A stretch of 64,000 nt of DNA from Phoronis australis (Eukaryota; Animalia; Phoronida), in the NCBI GenBank assembly GCA_002633005.1, contig NMRA01000101.1:248001-312000 (forward strand), given 5' to 3'. Position numbers and translations under genes: made by a program. Positions 40,189-52,100 of this stretch are shown in pieces; within the stretch, counting starts at the first letter, position 1, and each line of letters starts with the position of its first letter. The notes under the pieces were generated by a model. That model ran no database searches. It saw only the letters and a program-made list of their open reading frames with translations, and was not told the DNA's origin.

Positions 40189-43100
40189 ATGATTTCAAAA
40201 AAATGTCACAAGAAGCAGGACTGGCAAAGATGTGGGGAAGGATTTTCTGGGCTTGAGCATCTGAATAAGCTGGTGTCACGGAAACTTACTTATGATGGTA
40301 AATTAAACTGTTCTAGTCGATTAAAAAGGAGCAAATTGTCAAACATTGTATTGTCATAAGAGAACTAAAATAGCTGTGCACTAGACAAGTGATTTTAATT
40401 TTTATTTTGGATTTTATTCATTCTACGGTAAAATCTCTAATTTAGGATGTAGTGTGACCAACAATTAATTTTTTTGTTCACATATGCAATGCAGCACAAA
40501 ATTTTTTCTATATTTGAGATCTGTACCTCATCTACCCTCAGACAAATGTTTGAGAAACTGTGGGCAATGTGAGCCCTGGAAAAATGACCAAAGGGCAGTT
40601 TTGGCAATTATTTTTTTGCCAAAATTGGTAGATTGTTAACATTCACATGGATCTTTTTAGTTAGTGAATTCTCTTGTAATGTTGATTATTGTCTAAAACC
40701 ATTTTTCTTGGATGGTAAGTCATTGCATGTGCTGTGTTTACCATTTTGTTGCAATGACCATTGACCTATCTGTTTTTGGTACTGTGTGACGACCAGGGAT
40801 TTTGCCTCTTGCAACTGTTTACATTCAGTGGTAATTTTTAGCTAACCCAATAACTTTTTTGCTGACATGTTCTTGAATCCACAAGAAATGGATGCAAAAT
40901 TGTTAAAAACCTGTTAACATTAGGCTAATCTTACACTAACGTGATTTGCATGCAAGTGGATGAGAAAGCGTGCATCATTTACCCCAGAGTATCCAGCGAA
41001 TTCTTCAGCATGTCAAAGGCTTGATGGCGCCATCACAGATTGAAGTGAGCTAGGCGCTATTCGTGGGTTTGGCTGAATGTGTTGGAAGTGATAATTACGG
41101 CCGTAGACCAAAATACCTGTTTAGCGTACAAGATTCAAAAACAAAAAATGAACAATAAGTAAGGCAAACGGCCAACATGACTTCTTATTATTGAAAAGTA
41201 AATAGTAGCCATCTTTGAATTTTTAGAATCAATGCATTATAAGAGAAATTAACGAATAGGTTTTCTTCAACATCGCGGCTAAGCCATGAACATCGATTAG
41301 GATGGGTTACTCACAGTCTGGCTTAAGATCGCTTAGACATGGAGGCCACAAAATCCCAAATATTAGCATTGTTGCCTCATGAATGTCAGTTGCTCCAAAT
41401 AAATTTTCTTAAAGCTGAAATTTTAACTGATACATTTAATTTGCTGTCGATAAGACTATGTAATACAACTACTTGTTGAATCTATGCACAAAACTATTAT
41501 TTTCTTACTAGCAATACTTTATTTTATTGTTTGCAGAGTCAGAAAGCCAGCTGAATGAAATAGAATGGAACTCATCTGAAGACGAGGATATAAAATGCTC
41601 ACATTCCGCCATTGTTTCGCAGCATTCCAATCTCAGGTCTAAATCTCGTATACGACCAAAGCGGAAGCGACAGTTTTCATCATCACCAACATTTCCAAGA
41701 AAGGCACACAGATTGTTCAGGAGACCTTGTTCACAGCAACATTCAGTTCCTATTGATAAGGAGCCTTCGTCACCAACTTTTCCAAGAAAAATTGAGTTTT
41801 CGCAGCAGATTGAACAACTATTAAGCAGGGACTCAAAAAGCAGTAGTATTTATGAATTTTCAGAACACACATTATTGAGTCATGGATGTAATGAAGTTCG
41901 ACATGAAGACAGTCCAAAAGATAATAAGAGTGAACAGGTATTTCTTGAAAACTTAGACAAAAATGTCACTCTCAGTTTAGTGCACATTAGGAAACCGGGC
42001 TGTTCTGTCAGTGGTATCTTCTCTACATCAGCCGGGGAAAATAGGTGTTACTGTTTGTCCTAGATATCACCAAAGTTGATCTAAGCTCCTGTTGTGTTGT
42101 ACATGGCAATTATCGCATTACTGATGTATTGACAGCAATAAAATACTGGCTGAAATGAATTAAATTGTCATATACAGAAACTAGAAACTGGCAACTTTTT
42201 AAGGTGTTTGGCTTCTACAATTGAATTCTTCATGAAAAGTAAAGTGTAGAATTCTTCATTTTCGGGAGAAATACTATAAAAATTGGCCAAAACACTGTGA
42301 TGGGGTTTTATTTGCTGACAACAGTTTTGAGGTGATGCATGTTTACATTATTGAATTAATTCAGCATGCAGTATTGACCCGCTGTAAGTTCTGGATGCTG
42401 TTGCAATGACACAGTTGTTGGGTGTCTGTTTTCTTACCTCACAACCCAGAAAAATGTAACATGGGTTTTATGACTTATAAGTTGCCTTTACAAATTACAC
42501 CCCACTCACCCTGACCACCTGCAGACAGCTTGTTACCACACCCTTTGTGTTTCCTATGTAATAAACATAATATGGTGAAAATTAGTACAGGTGCACTACT
42601 TTATAACTATTGCTCAGTTAACTTGGGCAGGTCTTAATGAATAGGCTTGACTTGCTGCTTGGCTGCTAGACTAGTCTTGGTGTAGCAAGGTCTGTAAAGG
42701 CTATTCTCATGGCATGCTTGGCCTACGGTTATGCCAATACGAAATTTTTGCTATACAGAACGCATTCATGATTATTTTGAAGTTCAACACTTTATACTTT
42801 GTTCTGTTCATACATTGTTGAGATTTGATCAGAACAGTTGTAGTACTGGTGACTATTCTGTCATCGGAGGATTCATTTGTCCCCATTATTGTAAAAGATT
42901 ATTAGAGCAAGCCATTTATTTCTGCAACATATTTAAAATTTATTGTAATACATTCAACTCTAGAAAGAGTTGAATGTATATTGTGTATTGAATTATATAT
43001 AAAGCCATTTACTGTCATGAAGTGATAGTCTCACAACAGTCCTTACCATGATAGGATTGTGTTTTGGTTACCAACAAGAAGCCATCAGTGACTCTAGAAA

Positions 43101-46100
43101 ATGCTTCACAGTTTATTGAGATTGACCAACCCTAATTTTGAAAATTGTGCATGTATGCATTGCCTATGTCTAAACTGAATTAAGTGTATGAACTATCTCA
43201 AGAAAATGCTTCAGAGTTGTGAATTTGAAAATGGCTCGTGTACACACCGTCTGTGACTTGGGTTAGTTACAGAAATGGAATCTTATTATGCTGGGGGTTG
43301 ATATGAAACTGGTGCTGTGACAATAAAAGGTTCAATTATTCTGTTTTCATTGTTAAGCAGGGTGAAATGCACTTTTAAATGTGACTGACAATTGGTGTAT
43401 TTTTGATTAAGGATCTTTTCTTTTTAAATTTTTGGTTATTTCATTATTATATCAGTTGACTCTTTTGTCTGCTTCTAACGAATACGTTAATTAATATTTT
43501 TTAGATGTCCTGTATACACGGTGAGGACTATATCTCTGACTGCGAGAGTGAAGTTGTGCTGCCCTCTACTGAAGAAAAACAGGTGTGTGAGCTTTCTGGC
43601 CTTTTGTGCTGTCCACACTTACAGAAATAGTGAAATAATACAGTTTTATGTTGATTCATTCTTTCAATTGCATTTTCGTAAATTTGTACACAGTCAGTCA
43701 GGTTTTACTTTTTTAACAAGCTTTAACATTCCTTGAAAGATTATCCTCAGAAATCCATTCTGTTTGACATCAAAGCTATTAGTTTTGCCTTAAAGATGTT
43801 ATTTCGGAATTTAAAACTGTCCTTTTTAAAAAGAGTATTTTCTTTCTTAAAAGTTTGCTCAACTTTTTAGTTGTCATTTATGTGAAAATTTTTAATCAGA
43901 TGTAAATAAGGTTGAACACATTGTAGAAAGACAGTATTCAAGTTGTGATGTGTCCAAGGATATTATCACTAATTGTTAGACCATTGAAGGATATTATCAC
44001 TAATTGTTAGACCATTGAAGGATATTATCACTAATTGTTAGACCATTGAAGGATATTATCACTAATTGTTAGACCATTGAAGGATATTATCACTAATTGT
44101 TAGACCATTGAAGGATATTATCACTAATTGTTAGACCATTGAAGGATATTATCACTAATTGTTAGACCATTGAAGGATATTATCACTAATTGTTAGACCA
44201 TTGAAGGATATTATCACTAATTGTTAGACCATTGAAGGATATTATCACTAATTGTTAGACCATTGAAGGATATTATCACTAATTGTTAGACCATTGAAGG
44301 ATATTATCACTAATTGTTAGACCATTGAAGGATATTATCACTAATTGTTAGACCATTGAAGGATATTATCACTAATTGTTAGACCATTGAAGGATATTAT
44401 CACTAATTGTTAGACCATTGAAGGATATTATCACTAATTGTTAGACCATTGAAGGATATTATCACTAATTGTTAGACCATTGAAGGATATTATCACTAAT
44501 TGTTAGACCATTGAAGGATATTATCACTAATTGTTAGACCATTGAAGGATATTATCACTAATTGTTAGACCATTGAAGGATATTATCACTAATTGTTAGA
44601 CCATTGAAGGATATTATCACTAATTGTTAGACCATTGAAGGATATTATCACTAATTGTTAGACCATTGAAGGATATTATCACTAATTGTTAGACCATTGA
44701 AGGATATTATCACTAATTNAGCCAATCAGCGATCGCTTTCAGAATTCAGTGTTTTGACCATGAATTCGAATTGGCTTTTGTTTGGCACGCAAGTCAGGCA
44801 AATGTGAGTTTTATTTGTATGTTAGAACCGATTAACTGCAACATTATTTTGACTACAGTCCCCTTTTAAGTAAGCCCCAGAGCATATTCACAAAACACTC
44901 GTTTACTCACGTGAATTTTGTGTGGTCTTGCGCAACTTGCTTTTTCGCTGCGTTCATACATCTACGGCATGCTGCGGCAGGTGGAGTAAAATGTAATGTA
45001 TAAATTCACGTACTGGCATTGTATGTTTGTGTATTTGAATTTGTTAACTGTAAGTGGTCTGCAGTGCAGCTGTGGCTTCCTCCCTGTCTCCTCTTTGTCT
45101 CTTTGGCACCCTCTTCCACCCCTGTCTTTGTATCCCTCCTGCACCCCTTCTACCCCCTGCTCCCCTCTCCCTCCTTCCCCCCCCCCCCTTCCCACCCTCT
45201 GCTGTAGTCATTGTAGGTTTTTGCATGTATTGTTACAGTATTATAATCTTTTTTCATGTTTGATTTGGCTCTTCAATGGAAATTTAGGATAGCATTCTAT
45301 GTTTTGAGGAAACCAGTAATGAAACTGGTAGATTTAATGTTCATTTCAGAAAAGTGCTGCTGCAGGTCAAGTTGTCCATAGAACCTGCAGTATGGTGGTC
45401 AGTTTAAAAATGCTTGTGCTGTGCTTAGTTATTACAATCGTCCAGTTGTGTTTCCAATGAATTTTGTTTTAATGAAAGGCTGCTACTGAACTATGCCAAT
45501 GTGCTAACAGGAATTTCTTGGAGATGGAGAGCTGTTGCTTTGTGTAGAATCTGGGGTATGTTTATTACATCAGCAGAGGTACAATCTATTTGAGACAATG
45601 CTTGTACAAAACTTGTAAATTGTATTTAAAAAACGCTTCCAAGCAAATGGTATGGACTAGAGAATAAATAGCAGGTGACATTAAGGAAACATGTTTCTGA
45701 GTTTAGTAGCAAACAAGTGGTCCAAGGGTGAAAAACCCACTTTCTTTAGCTCCATCAAAATCTCCAAATTTCATCATGGAGACAGGTATGGTGGTTTTAT
45801 CTGTTAGATAGCCATAGTCAGCTCTCCACACAGAGTCATTAGAGTCACAGTTACACTTCTTTCCTGGTTTAGCACATCTGTTGGACATGCCACAAGCGCA
45901 CTTGCCTGTGCCTGGCAGGGCACCACCCCAGTAGGACATCTGTTGTCCATCGCGTGAGTACCACGCCCCATAGTGATTAGTTACGTAGAACAACACAGAG
46001 TGAAAACAGTCGTAGCGAATGAATTGTGAACAGTTTGCGGAGGCAAGGAGAAGAGCCTCAATCTGAGATTTGGTTGCCATGTAGTTCACTTCACGTGTGT

Positions 46101-49100
46101 AGCACTTCGGTTGTGCACACTTTGAGTTGATCTTTGTCTTACCCATACTGTCATGGTGGACCTCTGTAGGTATGCCGCGCCCAGGTATGTTGTTAGACAT
46201 GTTGCAGTAGGCCAGGAAAGGTTTGACACACCCTTCTCCATCTGGGTCCACCATAAAGTAGCCTGTCTGATTAACGCCTGTTGAATACCAACTGTTGCAT
46301 GACTTGTGGACTGCAATGAAAGCGAAGTCTGTGAAGCACATTTTGTTTAGAACCAATCACATTTGTTGTAAAAATGCATGCCAACATTTGTTTACTTGGG
46401 GGTGCAAATTTTCTATAGTATTTTTTTTAAAGAAGCATTTTTGTGAAGCTGTTCTGAGTAAGCTGATTCCTGTATTCATAACCCTATATTAACATATTCA
46501 TAGCCCTTTATTAACATATTACCCAATACTGAAATTCATTCTGTGAATTTGAAAACATGTGGGTTTAATAGTATAATAAAAAAGTATATGAAAATAAAAG
46601 TCATACCACCCATACAAATATTTAGCTTGTTTGTATCATTAAGTACTATAAGTGTAAATTGACAGTTTATTGTGCCCTTGATAATTTTAAGAGTTTTGGT
46701 TTCAATGATGTAAACAGATTGATTGCCTAAAACTTAATATTGCAGAACTCTCAATTTTGTTTCTAGGTTAGAAAGTAAAGATTTAAAATTAAAAAAATTT
46801 AAAGTAAAATCTGTGTATTGTTGGAGATCAAGAATCTTGACCTTGGGAGTTTGGAGAGCCCTTGTTCATTAGTTCTGCAGCAAAGCCTGGCTAATTTGTT
46901 TCTTGCACAAAATTTTAACTACAGTAGAGCCATCTTTCAAAATATTTGAATTTTATGATAGTTATTCTCACTTTAGCTGCTATTTGACCTTGTACAGTTA
47001 TCTTAATGTCATATAGAGTACTAACAACAGACACGTACAAAGTGCACCAACAAGCTTGCCAACCAAGTTATCAACAGGATACAACACACAACACATCTAG
47101 TCTACAATGCATTAGGGGTTTTTAACTTCCTATGATATGCCCTGCTTGACCTCCTTCCATCTCATCATAACCATATCGCATGTGATCAGTTTTTTGACCT
47201 AGTTTATTTCAGTTGTCCCAAGGTTAATTAAATTTGAATGAAAGCTGGACACAGGCTAAAAGCATGCTTGCTCCGTTCTCAAGACAATGTGCTTGGTAAC
47301 ATGTTTGGAACCTTTTATCGTACTTTTCTGTTAAGTTTGTACTTTCGCTCTTTAACTATTCCGAAGTTTTGATGGTTCGAGTTATTAGTTGGTGAATGAC
47401 GTTTTATTTAGAAATTTTTTTATAAACATTCACCTTTTGACCCACCTTGTTAGTAGAAAACCTCCCAAGTCAGTCCCAGCACATCTTGAATGCCTATCCC
47501 CTTTGAATCAGAGAACGCTTAGTTGAAACCTTCACTGCATAGTGGCTTAGAATTTTGCAGACTGTTATAAATCACAGATGTGATTCACACACAAGAGGCC
47601 CTTTGAAGGTCAAAGTAGTTACTTGTGAACCCTGTTCTTAGTCTTAATACTGTCCCAATTGGACTTTGTAAGTAAACACAGCTTAACAAAGGGTTTATGG
47701 TTCTGGCTGAGAAGATAATTGGTTTATTACCCCCATGTGGATTCTGAATAGCAGAGCCCAGAATATCACTGGAATTATTGTTTTCAGTATAGTTCAGTAG
47801 CAGCCCGTCGTTAACACTGTTGAAAACACGACTAAACTTTTTGTTTGAAAGTTTGATACAGAGCCACTCGTACTTTTGAAACAGTCTCCTTTCTTCAGAT
47901 GTGCAGCTATGTGGTAAAACTATTGTTGTGACAATGCAAGAACAATAGAGATGTGTTGTGCATGTTGTCACAATAGCAGTAAATGTGTGGTCAGGCAATA
48001 TTTTAGTTGTGCATTTAATGTAGTGGACTATTTTATTTTTCATTGTCCAGCTGAAACTTCCTTCATAAGAAAACAAAAATGATTGTATGCAACGTATTTC
48101 AATATTTTGAGTAGCCTTGTTGGCATTTGGCCAAATATCTGCAAAAGTTCTGAAGTTATTGATTATTTTCTGAAAGTCATAAGTTCAATGTAATTTTGGA
48201 CTAAATACAATACATGGCAGAATTGATGCCATGCATCACTATGGCTTATTGAACTGTAAATGCAATTCACTCTTAAAGTTGCTGAAGTCACTATTAGGTT
48301 TGATATGTACTGTACCACTTTAGCTTTATTTAATCACGTGACCATAATTTCTTGTAAACTTTATCACAAGTTGTAAAACTGCTTGTTTACTGTCATAAGC
48401 TTTGTAAGATCTATTTTTGTATAGATAAACAAGATAAAATCTTAAAACCACTGTCACAATTTTTTAAATCATTTCGTTTTAGTTTCAACTTTTTTCATTA
48501 AAATTACTGAAAGTGTCAATTGAATAGCACCTTTTGCAAAAAATACAAGTTTTTGATACAATTAATTCTTTATAGTATATTGAAGAACAGTGCATATATC
48601 ATGGTATCTCAATATAAGATTCATTTTAATCCAATCAGGCATTTCTGTCATATGATGTTCCAAAGTAAGGTGAACATTTGTGGGTTCCTCAAAAGTAGAA
48701 AATGGTGTTGTCTTTAATGTTGAACTTTTGTCCTACCTTCCATTCCTTCTTTTTCATTCGTTGAACATTGTTTTCTGTCAGGCAGCCTAGCCTCAATTTC
48801 ACTAATTTTAGCCTGCATTGCCTTCATGTCATCTCGCAGCTTGCCAATGGTGCCACCTGTGGTTTCATTCTGGCCTGTGTTGACTTTGATGTTAATAACG
48901 TGGTTAACATCTTCATTCTTACATCTTTCGTATGTCAATTGTCCTTGCGCGACCAATTGCACAACAAACAAGTTCACTGCCGTGACAAGGGCCTTGGTGA
49001 ACATATATGGTGTCATGATCTTTTACAACTTTAATTTCTGACTCACTCTCAGTCTCAAAGATAGTTCTCTTCTGCGTGTCCTAAGTTACTTTATACTGTT

Positions 49101-52100
49101 TAAATTGTTAATTAGTTTGACCTGGGAGTATTTCCCGCTTGAGGTCAACTTGCAGTTGATAAGTTTTTGGCTGTTTTATTTTTGTATTTCCTGTCATTGT
49201 GTTCCAAATAACTCACTACCAAGGGATTAGCTTATCTACTACTGTACTAGCCAAAAGTATTCAGACTAAGTGACCCAGAATTCCCTGTCATGATGGCTGG
49301 GTAGAAGCTGAATTTATCATCAGAGTAGACTTCTCTCATTTCCGAGAATGAAGGAAAATTGAAAAGAAAGTTAAGGTGGTTAAGCCATTTTGTAATTAGA
49401 CTTTAGCTGCCCTTTAGGCTCTTTCATATTGACTTAACTCTGAGCAGAGCGTCGACGTAAACAGCGCAGTTAACTGGACTGTTCATACTGGCTTCTATAT
49501 GAACATCGAAGTAAACAGTTGGTGATGCCGTCGTCACCGAAGTTATTGCAAGGTAGCGCTGCACGCTAAGATTTTTTTGGTGCAAGAATTTGGGAACATT
49601 TACATGTGCTAAATGACATTAAACTTATTTTTAAATCGATTGGTTGTTATTAGAGCAAAATATAAGCAGCTATCAGTGACGACACTACCCTGTAACTGTT
49701 GACGAAAACAGTGGCACCTGGCAAAAATTTTGCTGTGTCGACGCTGCGCTATGAAATCCACCTGTTAACTGCGATGTTAACTGGAGCTGTTCAATGTTAT
49801 CCAAGACCGGAGTTAAGCATTCATACTGACCGCAACTCTCCAAACCATCGATGCGTTGATGTTAGTATGAAAGGCCCTTAACAGTAACAGTAACTAGTCA
49901 TTATTTGATGTTAACAGGAAAACGGTATTTCGTCTGATTACTTTTGTCTTGTGCTGTATTGGTTTCTTCAATATGAATTAATGCCCAGGCTCCTTAAATT
50001 GGGAGGTACAAAAATCTGGTTCGGAATTCAGCTAAGCATGAGTGTTTTAAAACAAAATTTTAAGGGGTTAGGGAATGGGTATTTTCCCAAACGATGAATT
50101 TGCTCATGCAAAATGCCTTCACTATTTTTCACATGAATACAGTGATGTGCACATGGACCTAAAGAACCATTTTACATCTCATTCAGTAAGAAGCGGTTAT
50201 GTTGATTTGTTCTTGAAAATAGCAGGTGTCGTTGAAACTGACTATTCGTTACCCAAGGCTAACCAAACTGTGTACTTTTGGAGCTAAAATCCTCACAAGA
50301 TAGTTTTCACAAAGACACTCAGGTGCATTCAAGGTAGTCTTAAGTACTAATTAATTGGAGGGGGCACTATTTATAGCATTGGGAAAAAGTGAAAATTTGG
50401 AAATTTTGAGTGTGGGTGTCCAGTCGAATATGGACGATAAACTGTATGAAAATGATATTTATGTTCTAAGTTACAGAGATTTATATTTTATTTAGCTTTA
50501 AATTAGTAACTGTGTTCCTTCAAAAATGGAACAATTTTATACTGATCGTAGATTTTAAACTTAGGAAACGGGGTTTTCTGAGTATTCAGTCTGATTTTTC
50601 TTTCCCTTGCTTTTCTGGTGGCCATGATATACAGTTCTTGTAAATTGCTTTTAGTTCTATACTGGGCTTCACCTCCACTATTCAAAATCCATAAGGGCTA
50701 ATAAAACAATTATTTTCTCACCCAGGGCCATAAATCCTTTGTTAAGCTGTGTTTACTTACAAAGGCCAACTGGGGACAGTCCTATGATTATGAGCAGGGT
50801 TCACAAAGAACTGCTTTCCTGACCTTGCATGTCAATTTGGCCATGGTGTAAAACCCATCCACAAAATTCTAAGCCACTATACTAGCTAGTTACCCCTTCC
50901 AAGCCCGCAATGTCAATTTGCAGATACTTTTTTCTCAAGTCTTTATGCTGAAAGAGTTAAGAGAACACGGCCTCAGCCCAATCTTGGTCAAGATTCGCAT
51001 AGACAAATCACATTGTGTGGAATCTGAAATTTTACCTGAAGTGTGCTGCAGGATTGGTCAGTTTTTATGTTGGGTTTTGATTACAGTTTGATGGCTTTGG
51101 ATGTGGATTATCTTAGGAAGTTTATGTCTGAGTAATCTGACTTGGTTCTTGATTTATGTCATGATATAACGTAGCTTAAGTATACAGCAATTGTTGACAA
51201 AGAGGGAAATTCAAAACAATTTACAATATTGTTATTTTGACAAATTAATGTTAACAGTTAAAGGAAACTACTGCCTAGAAATGAAAACAATGTTCATTTT
51301 CTCATGATTGTGAATATTTAATTTAATCAGTGTTTTTTTTGGAATTTGAACAAAATAACAACACTCCTTTACTCATTTCTGTTCCAGATGAGAGTACCAA
51401 GTGTCTCCAATTAAAGCTGACAGACGTAGATCTAGAGGACTCACATTATGTGTGCCAGTCTGTCTGTCTTGAGGCACAAGACGAATCAACAACCTCATTG
51501 CCTGCTTATACAGCATTGATAAGTAGGTCGTCGGAAATATTACCCGTAACAGGCGACTGTATAACTGTACATCCACCTTGGTAAGTTGTTGTTGGTTGCT
51601 CTCACTCACTCTGGCATTTAAACTCTGCAATTTTTCATACTTTTGGACTTTTGCTAGTTCTTCATTTATTTAGCATGCAATATGGCCGACAAGTGCAATT
51701 CTATTTTGTTAAATTGCTCCATAGTAAAGATTAAGAAGAATTTAGTCTATTAAAAGCATGGTTTTTCAGCGTGTAAATTTCAAAACAACATTTGCTAAAG
51801 ATCCCATGATTTACAAAAACGTAATCACCCATTGGAAAGTGGAAAATGATCATTTCGACAATTTGTTTTGTCAGAAATGGAGAATAATTGTAGATGGATT
51901 TTCTTTTTTGTGTCTGGAAAATTTGTCATGACTGTCTTAAATTAAAAAACTCAATAAGTTGAAATTAATAAATCTGAAAATCTTTTCATGATCTCAAAGA
52001 CACATCAAACAGAAAATTTTATTTTGATTTTTTTTAGAAAAAATGTTTTTCCTTTTCTTTTAAAATGCATGACGGAAATGTCCGTAATTGTGAAACCCTC

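Noticed and set aside
43956-44718. CRISPR-like array of 31-bp repeats
   Set aside because: Units are directly adjacent with no unique spacers, there are no cas genes, and the context is a eukaryotic intron.
44962-45292. Overlapping Pro-rich and Gly-rich ORFs
   Set aside because: A low-complexity C/T tract keeps several frames open, with no domain or splice support.
45350-45365. 16-nt micro-exon (KSAAA) that would repair the SPIDR phase break
   Set aside because: Too short to support from sequence alone, and it does not supply the missing conserved segment.
47585-48076. 163-aa ORF inside the nested gene's intron
   Set aside because: No recognisable motif and a non-ATG start. The two nested exons already join in phase without it.
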